From the IMG/VR virus record IMGVR_UViG_3300045988_080971, positions 1 to 56,368 of that record: a DNA stretch of 56,368 nucleotides; one strand, 5' to 3'. The stretch's first letter is position 1; each line of letters starts with the position of its first letter. The notes beneath the pieces are model-generated. The model worked only from the letters and a program-made list of their open reading frames with translations, ran no database searches and was not told the DNA's origin. A program made the position numbers and the translations under genes. Origin of the DNA: a virus. Positions 8,474 to 17,354 of this stretch are shown piece after piece.

Positions 8474-9636
8474 TGGAATTGTATCTAGCTGGCTCACAAC
8501 AACCTTTTGAACGTGTAAAGAGAGAGAGAGAGGATGATTTAATGGATTTATATTTAGCTGGAGAATATGTATTTACAGGAGAAAGAAAATTAGATATCGG
8601 AATTATAAGAAATCGTCTTCTTTCTTTTGATTATCAAAAAAAGTTTGTAGATACCATAATAGATTGGAAAGATAATATGGAGTTGTATTTAGCAGGTGCT
8701 GATAAATTTGGAAAAGAAGAGGTGAAACAGTATATGAAACTTTATTTAGCAGGGATGGAAGAGTCTTGTGTGGATAAGATTGACTGCAATGCCCTTTTCA
8801 GCTATATTGATCGGGGCAAACTACAATTTGATAAACTGAAAGATTTTATAAAACCCGGAAAATTATTTATAGATTCTGGTGCGTTTAGTGCATGGACAAA
8901 AGGCTCCAAAGTAAATGTGAAAGAATACATTAGCTGGCTGAACGAAAGATCCGATGATATAAATCTTTGCGGTCAAGTGGATGTTATCCCTGGAGATAGG
9001 GTTTTTGGGGCTACACCTAAACAGGTTCGGGAAGCCGCACAATCAACATGGGATAATTATCTTTTTATGAGAAAAAGACTAAAAAATCCGGATTCCTTGT
9101 TATATACATTTCATGTAGGTGAACCAATCGAATTTCTAAAACAGGCTTTAGAATGGAGAGATGAAAATGGAAATCCTATTCCTTATATGGCATTTGGTGG
9201 TATGGTTGGAAAGCCTGCTAAGATAAGGGATGTTTTCCTTGAGAAATGTTTCCGAACAATCCGGGAATCCAGTAATCCAAATATTAAGGTTCACGCTTTT
9301 GGTATGACGGATTTTGATTTATTAGAGAAATATCCTATATATTCTGCTGATAGTACAAGTTGGATTATGGTGGGGGCAATGGGAAATGTTATGAGTGATT
9401 ATGGAAATATAGCCGTATCAAATAATCAAATTCATGATAAGAATCATTATAGTCATTTACCAAAGAAAGCTATTGAGGATTTTAATAAGACAATTCAGGA
9501 ATTTGGGTTTACTTTGGACGAATTAGCAGAACATCGGGATAATCGTATATTATTTAATGCTTTGTATATGCAGAAGAAAGTAAAGGAATTAAATAAGAAA
9601 GAAAGAAAATTTTCTTATAGAAAGAGGTTATTTTAA
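8473..9636 (+). CDS. dpdA: DpdA-like DNA guanine transglycosylase (TGT superfamily) with duplicated N-terminal extension
   Basis: FIDSGAFSAW, FHVGE, MAFGGMVG, VHAFGMT and YSADSTSW motifs; TAATG overlap with the polA stop; adjacent preQ0 pathway genes. Confidence 0.7.
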   Translation: MELYLAGSQQPFERVKREREDDLMDLYLAGEYVFTGERKLDIGIIRNRLLSFDYQKKFVDTIIDWKDNMELYLAGADKFGKEEVKQYMKLYLAGMEESCVDKIDCNALFSYIDRGKLQFDKLKDFIKPGKLFIDSGAFSAWTKGSKVNVKEYISWLNERSDDINLCGQVDVIPGDRVFGATPKQVREAAQSTWDNYLFMRKRLKNPDSLLYTFHVGEPIEFLKQALEWRDENGNPIPYMAFGGMVGKPAKIRDVFLEKCFRTIRESSNPNIKVHAFGMTDFDLLEKYPIYSADSTSWIMVGAMGNVMSDYGNIAVSNNQIHDKNHYSHLPKKAIEDFNKTIQEFGFTLDELAEHRDNRILFNALYMQKKVKELNKKERKFSYRKRLF

Positions 9637-10553
9637 TGGATTTCAAATGTAGAGATTATTTATTTTCTAAAGACGATTGGTGTGATATTCGGGATATAGA
9701 AGGAGAAGAAAATGTATTAAATTCTACATTAATTCAAGAAGCTTTTGAAAAAATCCTAGATGATTATAATCCAAAATATAAATATGCAATTTTTAGCTTG
9801 TGTACTTCAACAAGACCATATCTTAAATCTAGGAAATGGAGTATGTATTATAAATGTTTTGGAAAATCTTGTGAATTAATAATATGTTCTAATGGAGGCA
9901 TAATACCTATTGAATATATGAATTGTTTTCCATTTTTAGAATATGATGCTCCACATACAAAAGAATTTACCCCACAGTATAAGAGATTATTTGTTAATAG
10001 ATTAAATAAATTTTTAGATAAATTTTCTTTTGAAAAAATAATTTTTATTTTTACACCAAACTCAAGAAATTATGAAGCATTATTGGAATTTCCTTTACCG
10101 GATAATTCTATTCTTATACCTTCATTAAAAATGTATGAAAATATAAAGAAAGGAATAGATGATAGGTACATTGGGGTATCTAGGACACGTGATATATTAT
10201 GTTGTGATACGATACTGTCTTATATAAAAAGATTTTTTTGTATTGAAAGTAATTATCTTGATATATTATATGAGAAATATCCTAATTCCCCTAAACCTAG
10301 TATGGATTCTTTGTTCAACAAGATGTTAAAAACTTTAGAAGTTGATAAAGGATATTCTTTGGAACAACTAATTTCAAAAATAATTTCATTAAATCCTATT
10401 TATTCCAGGGTTTATATTAGTAAGACAATTAAAGGCCATACAAAAAACATAGAATCAGAATTTAATAAAGAGGATAATCTTGTTTATGTGGATGGTTTAT
10501 ATTATCTTCTAAATTCTGATAAAAAGAAGGACAAACATAAAAAATTATTTTAA
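9636..10553 (+). CDS. DUF5591 / ArcS-like protein (putative 7-deazaguanine tailoring enzyme)
   Basis: LCTSTRPYLKSRKW resembles the ArcS signature PC-x3-KPY-x2-S-x2-H; TAATG overlap with the dpdA stop; very AT-rich gene. Confidence 0.45.
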   Translation: MDFKCRDYLFSKDDWCDIRDIEGEENVLNSTLIQEAFEKILDDYNPKYKYAIFSLCTSTRPYLKSRKWSMYYKCFGKSCELIICSNGGIIPIEYMNCFPFLEYDAPHTKEFTPQYKRLFVNRLNKFLDKFSFEKIIFIFTPNSRNYEALLEFPLPDNSILIPSLKMYENIKKGIDDRYIGVSRTRDILCCDTILSYIKRFFCIESNYLDILYEKYPNSPKPSMDSLFNKMLKTLEVDKGYSLEQLISKIISLNPIYSRVYISKTIKGHTKNIESEFNKEDNLVYVDGLYYLLNSDKKKDKHKKLF

Positions 10554-10571
10554 AAACTTTTCTAAAAAGGG

Positions 10572-10599
10572 TTGACTTTTATTTTTTATGTGTTACAAT
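10572..10599 (+). promoter_or_regulatory. Promoter cassette P2 (TTGACT-N16-TGtTACAAT)
   Basis: -35 at 10572-10577, -10 at 10594-10599; same tatgtgttacaatata core as P1. Confidence 0.7.
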
Positions 10600-10648
10600 A
10601 TAATCAAACCAAGGGAAACACATAAAAAATAAAAGGAGGCTTAATATT

Positions 10649-11176
10649 ATGCATTATTTATCAAGAAGGGACAACGAAACAAGGATTACTGTAAAGGAAC
10701 GGTATTCAGATGGAAATACTGTCGTAGCTGAATATCTTAATGGGGATAAGCAAGGTAAGACAGTTTCCTTCACTCATAGTACCTTAAAGAGATGGTGGAA
10801 AAAGGTAGATATAGAGGGGATATCCACAAAGTCCGAAAATTTAGAAAATAAAACTAAGAAGACAACAAGTAAGAAAAAACCTACAAAAATTGACAGAACA
10901 GAAGATATAAAAAAGATAGTTGAGATGTTCACCGATGATTATGAGTATAAATATTATGATTCAGTTAAATGTTATAAAATTTATGATATTATGAATCAGG
11001 CAACAGTTATTGCTGAAGTTTATCCCCGTAGAAAAAATATTGAAGTGCGTGTAAGGAATGTGAAAGAGAATGTAAAGGTAAATTATAAAGACGGTTATAA
11101 ATATTATTTACCAGTTCATTATTATGTTCCTTATGAAACGGATTATATCAAAATTATTAAGGATCTTTTATCTTAA
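10649..11176 (+). CDS. Hypothetical protein (175 aa), lysine-rich central linker
   Basis: AAAGGAGG RBS; first gene after P2. Confidence 0.55.
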   Translation: MHYLSRRDNETRITVKERYSDGNTVVAEYLNGDKQGKTVSFTHSTLKRWWKKVDIEGISTKSENLENKTKKTTSKKKPTKIDRTEDIKKIVEMFTDDYEYKYYDSVKCYKIYDIMNQATVIAEVYPRRKNIEVRVRNVKENVKVNYKDGYKYYLPVHYYVPYETDYIKIIKDLLS

Positions 11177-11312
11177 TCTTTTAATGTCTGTGATACCGGA
11201 CAGATACGGTCAATATCATAGAAAGTGAGGAAACCACTATGAAAAAACCTAGAGCTCCTTCTTAATTTTTTAATTTATTATCTTATAAATTAAATTATGT
11301 GGAGGTATAATT

Positions 11313-11777
11313 ATGGACAAAAAAGAATATATGAATTTAGGTGTATGTGAAGCCACTACCACAATGTACTTGAATATCGGTGGTCCATTTGGAGCAGTTG
11401 TTGTCAAAGACGGAGAAATTATTTCCGTTGCAAGTAATACAGTTCTTGGGGATAACGATCCAACAGCCCACGCAGAAGTGAACGCAATTAGAAAAGCTTG
11501 TAAAAAGCTTGGAACATATGATTTGACTGGGTGTGAATTATATGCCACAGGTTATCCATGCCCAATGTGTTTATCAGCTATCATATGGGCTAACATTAGA
11601 AAAGTGTATTATTGTAATGATGTAAAACAGGCAGAGAATATTGGTTTTCGGGACGATTTCATTTACGATTATATAAAGAATGGAAATCCGGATGTATTAG
11701 ATCTAGAATCTTGTACAACGGAACAAGGTTTAGGTTTATATGATCAATATACAGGGATGAACAAAATCATTTATTAA
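11313..11777 (+). CDS. CDA-fold zinc deaminase, GuaD-type guanine deaminase-like
   Basis: GGPFGAVVVKDG, DPTAHAEVNAIRKAC, PCPMCLSAI and GFRDDFIYDY closely recall Bacillus subtilis GuaD (about 155 aa). Confidence 0.7.
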   Translation: MDKKEYMNLGVCEATTTMYLNIGGPFGAVVVKDGEIISVASNTVLGDNDPTAHAEVNAIRKACKKLGTYDLTGCELYATGYPCPMCLSAIIWANIRKVYYCNDVKQAENIGFRDDFIYDYIKNGNPDVLDLESCTTEQGLGLYDQYTGMNKIIY

Positions 11778-11790
11778 GGAGGAAAAATAT

Positions 11791-12495
11791 ATGAAAGCAT
11801 TAGTATTAAATTCAGGTGGTGTAGATTCAACAACTTGTGTTGCAATAGCGGTAGATAAATATGGCAAAGAAAATGTTATAACAGCCTCTTTATATTATGG
11901 ACAGAAACATGATAAAGAATTACAGTGTGCTAAAAAGATCGCTGAATATTATGGTGTAAGACATATTGAGGAAGATATTTCAAATGTTATGAAGTACGCG
12001 GGTGAAGTTTGTTCTCTTGTTAAAGGTTCTAAAGAAGAGATTTTGGATATGAGTTATGCCGACCAGATCAAACAGAATGGAGAAGGACGTGTTGGTACTT
12101 ATGTACCTTTTAGAAATGGATTATTATTATCCATTGCCACAGCTTTTGCAGATAGTCTTTTCCCAGGAGAAGAAGTAGAAGTGTTCTATGGAGCTCATGC
12201 AGATGATGCGGCAGGTGAAGCATACGCAGATTGTTCTCCAGAATTTGCAGATGCTATGGATAAGGCAATAAATATTGGAACTTATGGAAAAATCCATATC
12301 AATCGACCACTTATCCACATGAATAAAGCGGAAGTGGTCAAAACCGGATTATCTTTGGGTGTACCTTATGAAATGACATGGAGTTGTTATCATGGAGGTG
12401 AAAAAGCCTGTGGAAGATGTGGAACGTGTATTGATAGGAGACACGCGTTTGAAGCCAATGGTGTAGGAGACCCTATTGAATATGAGGAGGATTAA
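11791..12495 (+). CDS. queC: 7-cyano-7-deazaguanine (preQ0) synthase QueC
   Basis: PP-loop LNSGGVDSTT; C-terminal zinc cluster CGRCGTCIDR. Confidence 0.9.
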   Translation: MKALVLNSGGVDSTTCVAIAVDKYGKENVITASLYYGQKHDKELQCAKKIAEYYGVRHIEEDISNVMKYAGEVCSLVKGSKEEILDMSYADQIKQNGEGRVGTYVPFRNGLLLSIATAFADSLFPGEEVEVFYGAHADDAAGEAYADCSPEFADAMDKAINIGTYGKIHINRPLIHMNKAEVVKTGLSLGVPYEMTWSCYHGGEKACGRCGTCIDRRHAFEANGVGDPIEYEED

Positions 12496-12499
12496 AAAA

Positions 12500-12853
12500 A
12501 TGTATTATGTATCAAAAAGAATGGAAATTGCAGGAGCTCATTATTTAGAGCTCCCATATGACAGCAAGTGTGGGAACTTACATGGGCATAATTGGATAAT
12601 TACCGTCCATTGTAAATCAGACAAGCTCACTGATTATGGAATGATCGTAGATTTTACAAAGATTAAGAAAGAAATACACGATAAGTTAGACCATTCTTGT
12701 GTGAATGAGGTAGTTTGTCCACTCAACCCAACGGCTGAGAATATAGCAAGATGGGTATTTGAAAGAGTTTCAGATATTTGTGAAGTCGGAACGTGTTATA
12801 AGGTAGAGGTACAGGAAAGTGAAGGAAATATTGCTACCTATGTGGAGGATTAG
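12500..12853 (+). CDS. queD: 6-carboxy-5,6,7,8-tetrahydropterin synthase QueD
   Basis: HGHNW motif, about 117 aa; GAGGAGG RBS 10 nt upstream of the ATG at 12500. Confidence 0.85.
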   Translation: MYYVSKRMEIAGAHYLELPYDSKCGNLHGHNWIITVHCKSDKLTDYGMIVDFTKIKKEIHDKLDHSCVNEVVCPLNPTAENIARWVFERVSDICEVGTCYKVEVQESEGNIATYVED

Positions 12854-12855
12854 AT

Positions 12856-13500
12856 ATGAAAGTAGTAGAAATATTTAAAAGCATTGATGGTGAGGGCAAA
12901 CGAGCTGGTTTACCCACCACATTTGTAAGATTATTTGGATGTAATTTGAATTGCTCATACTGTGATACAAGATACGGCTGTGAGGGGGATAAGTATACGA
13001 TTATGAGTATCCCTAATATAATAGATACATTAGAAAGGTATGGAACTAAATCAATTACAATCACTGGAGGGGAGCCACTTATACATCCAGGAATAAATCA
13101 TCTTGTTGAGGTGCTACTCCATAGAGGTTATTGGGTTAATATTGAGACAAACGGTTCACAGTACATCGGGCATCTTCCAACTAACCCAAATGTTTTCGTG
13201 ACAATGGATTATAAATGTCCTTCCAGTGGAATGCAAGATAAGATGTGTTTAGCTAATTTTCGTGAATTATCCAATACGGATGTCTTAAAATTTGTTGTAG
13301 GCTCATATGAAGACCTAGTATGTGCTTTAAGTATATTAGAGGAATATAAACCGTCTGCACAGGTTTATTTCAGCCCAGTATTTGGGGAGATTGAACCAGC
13401 GGCGATTGTTGATTTTATTTTAGACAATAAATTGGATAATTGTAAGATACAGTTGCAAATGCACAAGATAATTTGGGAACCAAATAAGAGAGGAGTATAA
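12856..13500 (+). CDS. queE: 7-carboxy-7-deazaguanine synthase QueE (radical SAM)
   Basis: [16 protein letters not shown] cluster motif; GGEPL. Confidence 0.85.
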   Translation: MKVVEIFKSIDGEGKRAGLPTTFVRLFGCNLNCSYCDTRYGCEGDKYTIMSIPNIIDTLERYGTKSITITGGEPLIHPGINHLVEVLLHRGYWVNIETNGSQYIGHLPTNPNVFVTMDYKCPSSGMQDKMCLANFRELSNTDVLKFVVGSYEDLVCALSILEEYKPSAQVYFSPVFGEIEPAAIVDFILDNKLDNCKIQLQMHKIIWEPNKRGV

Positions 13501-13501
13501 G

Positions 13502-14074
13502 ATGATAGATAAGAAAAGAATTGAAAAGGCAGTAAAAGAAATCTTAATTGCTTTAGGGGATAACCCGGAAAGACCCGGACTTGTAGATACACCAAAAAGA
13601 GTAGCTAAGATGTATGAGGAAGTATTTGAGGGAATGAACTACACCAACGATGAGATCGCAGAAAAATTCTGCAAATGTTTTGACACAGATAACGAGGATC
13701 TTGTTGTTGTAAAGGATATTCCAATTTTCAGTTATTGTGAACATCATCTAGCTTTGATGTATAATATGAGTGTGTCTATTGCTTATATTCCAAATGGAAA
13801 GGTATTAGGTCTAAGCAAATTTGCTCGGATTGCGGATATGGTTGGAAAGCGTCTACAGTTGCAGGAAAGAATTGGTTCCGATATAGCTGATATTATTCAG
13901 TTGGCTACTGGATCAAATGATGTGTTGGTTGTTGTTGAGGGGGAGCATAGTTGTATGACAGCTAGAGGTATTAAGAGTCGAGGAGCTAAAACAAGAACCG
14001 CGACAATCCGGGGGTTATTTGAGTCTAATGTAGAGCTTCGCAAAGAAGCCTATTCTTTAATGAGTTTGAACTGA
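13502..14074 (+). CDS. folE: GTP cyclohydrolase I (FolE)
   Basis: FSYCEHHL and RLQLQERI motifs, 190 aa. Confidence 0.9.
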   Translation: MIDKKRIEKAVKEILIALGDNPERPGLVDTPKRVAKMYEEVFEGMNYTNDEIAEKFCKCFDTDNEDLVVVKDIPIFSYCEHHLALMYNMSVSIAYIPNGKVLGLSKFARIADMVGKRLQLQERIGSDIADIIQLATGSNDVLVVVEGEHSCMTARGIKSRGAKTRTATIRGLFESNVELRKEAYSLMSLN

Positions 14075-14087
14075 AGGAGGAAAAAGA

Positions 14088-15188
14088 ATGAAGGTAGTAA
14101 CAAGTAGAATGAAAGAAGCAGTAAACAAAGCAATTAAAGGAGCAGGATTTAATAATCTTATTCCTATTACCTCAATGATTGGTATTAAATTGTCAGATGG
14201 AAAGTTAAGATTACTTACAACAGACATGACTAATACATTATGTATTATCATTGACAAGGTAGCTGGGGACGATATGGACATCACAGTAGATGCAGATAAG
14301 TTTGGAAAACTGATTGCAAAGACAACTTCGGAAGATATTGATTTATCTGTAAAAGATGATGTACTTTTTGTCAAAGCAAACGGAATTTATAAGATTCCGT
14401 TGATTTCAGATGAAGAAGGACTTATCTCATTCCCAGATGTGAATCAGGAGTATGGTGCACCTCCTGAGAAGTGGACAGACGTTAAGCTTTCAAGTATAAT
14501 GCAGGCTTATAATATCAATAAATCAGCATTAGCAAAAACACTTGAGAACCCGGCTCTAACCGGTTACTATTGCGGAGATACTGTTATTTCAACTGATGCA
14601 AATGTAATTACATTCAATGGATTTAAGATGTTTGCATGGGATTTTCCAGTATTGATTTCAGCACAGCAGATGGCGTTAATCTCCCTATTTAAGGAGGAAG
14701 ATATAAAAGTAACTTGTGACCCTGAAAGAATTATTTTTGTAACAGATACACAGATTGTTGAAGGAAGTTTGATGGAAGGGGTTGAGGACTTCCCAGCTAA
14801 TGAAGTAAACGCTTATCTTGATGAGGCATTTACATCTTCTTGCAAAGTACCAAAGGATTTACTTCTTTCCGTACTTGATCGTCTTGCACTATTCATTGAA
14901 CCATATGATAAGAATGGAGCATATTTCACATTCGGAAGAAAGGGTATCAATATTCATAGTAAAAAGGACGCATCTACAGAGACTATCAACTATGTGGAAA
15001 GCAAGGACTTTGCGCCGTTTGTGTGTTGTGTGGATATTCCAATGTTGAAAGAGCAGTTGCAGGCTAACCCGGACGATACAGTGAAGATCTGTTACGGAAA
15101 TGAAAATGCGTTGAAGATTGAGAGCGGAAAAGTAACACAGGTTATAGCTCTACTTGAAGATGAGGAACTTGACAATATAAACGCATGA
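14088..15188 (+). CDS. DNA sliding clamp, beta (DnaN)-like
   Basis: 366 aa; N-terminal pattern IPITSMIGIKLSDGKLRLLTTD...DADKFGKLI matches the beta-clamp domain 1 layout; replisome context. Confidence 0.65.
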   Translation: MKVVTSRMKEAVNKAIKGAGFNNLIPITSMIGIKLSDGKLRLLTTDMTNTLCIIIDKVAGDDMDITVDADKFGKLIAKTTSEDIDLSVKDDVLFVKANGIYKIPLISDEEGLISFPDVNQEYGAPPEKWTDVKLSSIMQAYNINKSALAKTLENPALTGYYCGDTVISTDANVITFNGFKMFAWDFPVLISAQQMALISLFKEEDIKVTCDPERIIFVTDTQIVEGSLMEGVEDFPANEVNAYLDEAFTSSCKVPKDLLLSVLDRLALFIEPYDKNGAYFTFGRKGINIHSKKDASTETINYVESKDFAPFVCCVDIPMLKEQLQANPDDTVKICYGNENALKIESGKVTQVIALLEDEELDNINA

Positions 15189-15227
15189 TTATATAATTAA
15201 TAGTGCAACAAAAATATCATATTGTAG

Positions 15228-15257
15228 CACCTCTCTAGAAATAGAGAGGTGTTTTTT
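15228..15257 (+). terminator. Intrinsic terminator
   Basis: 10-bp stem cacctctcta/tagagaggtg, GAAA loop, then a T6 run. Confidence 0.85.
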
Positions 15258-15278
15258 ATTTATTTTTTCAAAAATCAC

Positions 15279-15307
15279 TTGTAATATATCTTTGTATGTG
15301 TTACAAT
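15279..15307 (+). promoter_or_regulatory. Promoter cassette P3 (TTGTAA-N17-TGtTACAAT)
   Basis: -35 at 15279-15284, -10 at 15302-15307; preceded by the conserved ttttcaaaaatcac. Confidence 0.75.
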
Positions 15308-15355
15308 ATATACAAGTTAAAAGATAACAAACACACAAGGAGGTAACGAAAATAA

Positions 15356-15571
15356 ATGGAGTTTACAAACGGTATTGTGGCAGTAGTAAGACTTAATCAT
15401 AATCATAAAAGTAAGCATTGTCATAACTCAGATGAAATATATGATTTTCTTCGATACAATGGTATTTTTGGTATGGCTGCGATAGATGCAATGGGGTGGG
15501 CAGAATCAACATATCTTAACCCACAGCAAGTGACTTTTTACCGTAAGGATTTCACGGTTCGGATGTTATAA
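15356..15571 (+). CDS. Hypothetical protein (71 aa)
   Basis: AAGGAGG RBS; first ORF after P3. Confidence 0.55.
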   Translation: MEFTNGIVAVVRLNHNHKSKHCHNSDEIYDFLRYNGIFGMAAIDAMGWAESTYLNPQQVTFYRKDFTVRML

Positions 15572-15591
15572 AGAAAGAGTGAGGTAAAATA

Positions 15592-16389
15592 ATGGCAAGA
15601 AAACTATTAAATTTAATCAATAACAATCAGCCACAACTTCCTGCAAATAAGAAATTTTTAGCTGATGTTATGAGTTGTATTGAAAGGATAGAGCAGAGAG
15701 ATCGGAGAACAGGAAGTAATTACTATAAGCCGTCATTATTGCATTGTATGAGGAATATGTATTTCACTCGTACAAAAGCACCACAAGACCCGGAAACAGT
15801 AGAATATAATTCTACTGGGATGGCAGATACAGGAACAGCAAGGCACGAAGCATTACAAAATGCATTGTTAAATTTACAGAAAATGGGATATGATTGGAAA
15901 TATCTTGATGTTGCTGAATATGTTAAAGAAAAACAGAAGTTCGGTAAATGTAAATCCTTGATCGTGAAAGAAAAGCAGGGAGCAGAAACACATCTTATAG
16001 ATACTGCATTAAACTTATCTTTTCGTTGTGATGGAATTATAAGAAGAATTTCAACAAACGAAGATTACTTATGGGAGTTCAAGAATGTTGTTTCTTTCAA
16101 ATATAACCAGTTAGATAATCATTGTTTAGAACAGCATCATAATCAGGTTATATGCTATTGTACTGTACTTGATTTAGATAAGGCATTTGTAATGTATGAA
16201 AATAGGGATATTTGTACGCTTGAAGTTCCGGAAGTGTTTGAAGTCACACAGGATATGAAAAACTGGTTGTGCAATTATATTTCAGAATGTGAGGGATATG
16301 TAGAAAGACTGATTGCTCCACCTAAAACAGAAGATACAAGTAATTGTAGATGGTGCAGATATAAATCTATATGCAGAAAGGTTGGATAA
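15592..16389 (+). CDS. PD-(D/E)XK exonuclease, Cas4/RecB-like with Fe-S cysteines
   Basis: DGIIR...EFKN nuclease core; one N-terminal Cys plus the C-terminal CRWCRYKSIC. Confidence 0.65.
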   Translation: MARKLLNLINNNQPQLPANKKFLADVMSCIERIEQRDRRTGSNYYKPSLLHCMRNMYFTRTKAPQDPETVEYNSTGMADTGTARHEALQNALLNLQKMGYDWKYLDVAEYVKEKQKFGKCKSLIVKEKQGAETHLIDTALNLSFRCDGIIRRISTNEDYLWEFKNVVSFKYNQLDNHCLEQHHNQVICYCTVLDLDKAFVMYENRDICTLEVPEVFEVTQDMKNWLCNYISECEGYVERLIAPPKTEDTSNCRWCRYKSICRKVG

Positions 16390-16391
16390 TT

Positions 16392-16739
16392 ATGACACTA
16401 GATGAATGTAAGAAACTTCATAAAAATATGTGGGAGTTTGTTAAAGAACAAGAAAATTCAACGTATAAAGATAGACACGACCTGAAGGCGACTTATTGTG
16501 CATTAAATGGTGTGTGGTTAGTAAATCACTGTGCGTTGTGTAGTTATGCCCGGCAAAAGGCATTTGAACAGGGTAATTATGCATATTCTGATATGTGTCA
16601 GTATTGTCCTGCGATATGGGGCACGGAAAATATTTGTGATTCTTTTTATTGCGAATCTGATATAGATGGTCATTTAAACTGGAACGATAGCCCCTGTGAC
16701 GATATAATAGGAATTAAATGGAAAGACGAGGTGGAATAA
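16392..16739 (+). CDS. Cysteine-rich hypothetical protein
   Basis: ORF with multiple CxxC-like pairs; ATG at 16392. Confidence 0.45.
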   Translation: MTLDECKKLHKNMWEFVKEQENSTYKDRHDLKATYCALNGVWLVNHCALCSYARQKAFEQGNYAYSDMCQYCPAIWGTENICDSFYCESDIDGHLNWNDSPCDDIIGIKWKDEVE

Positions 16740-17191
16740 TGATATATATAGGAATTGATCCAGGAAAAAATGGCGGAATAGCAGTTATAAAGCCGGATAA
16801 GACTTGGGCTCATGCCTACAGTGAGGAAGATCTTTTACTTATACTTGGTTATTATCAAGATTATAAGGAATGTGTTTGTTATCTTGAACACGTCCACGCA
16901 ATGCCTAAGCAGGGAGTATCAAGTACATTCAATTTTGGAATGAATTTTGGGTTTATTCAAGGAGTATTAAAAGCATATGGAATACCTTATGAACTTGTCA
17001 CACCGCAGAAATGGAAGAAAGAATTTTCCTGTACATCCGACAAAAATACATCTATTGAAGTATGCAAGAGATTATTCCCGGATGTGAATTTAAAAGCAAC
17101 AGACAGATGTAAGAAAGATCATGACGGAATGGCAGAGGCATTATTGATAGCAGAGTATGGAAGGAGGCATTATAATGGAAAAAATTTATAA
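16739..17191 (+). CDS. RuvC-like Holliday junction resolvase
   Basis: IGIDPGKNGGIAV N-terminus and KDHDGMAEALLIAEYG C-terminal acidic motif. Confidence 0.7.
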   Translation: MIYIGIDPGKNGGIAVIKPDKTWAHAYSEEDLLLILGYYQDYKECVCYLEHVHAMPKQGVSSTFNFGMNFGFIQGVLKAYGIPYELVTPQKWKKEFSCTSDKNTSIEVCKRLFPDVNLKATDRCKKDHDGMAEALLIAEYGRRHYNGKNL

Positions 17192-17354
17192 GAATAAAAT
17201 AACTAAAAAGCATTATGAACTCATAGAAAAGATTCCTGAAACATTATTAGGAAAATTTAGAATGATTGAAGACGGTTATACTTATACAATACCATTTGAA
17301 GATATGGTAGTATGTGGGAATAATGACCGGAGGAATTATAATGGCAAGTCGTAG
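17175..17354 (+). CDS. Hypothetical protein (59 aa)
   Basis: AAGGAGG RBS upstream of the ATG at 17175. Confidence 0.45.
   Translation: MEKIYKNKITKKHYELIEKIPETLLGKFRMIEDGYTYTIPFEDMVVCGNNDRRNYNGKS

Noticed and set aside
11224-11265. Possible preQ1-I riboswitch upstream of the deaminase-queCDE-folE operon (stem agtg/cact, loop aggaaac, tail atgaaaaaaccuag)
   Set aside because: The A-rich tail and the location are suggestive. However, the stem is only 4 bp, there is no L1 linker, the pseudoknot would be 3 bp, and I could find no expression platform. The same bases also form an 8-codon ORF (11239-11265) with a GAGGAA RBS. A covariance-model search (Rfam RF00522) would decide; on my reading it is not supportable.
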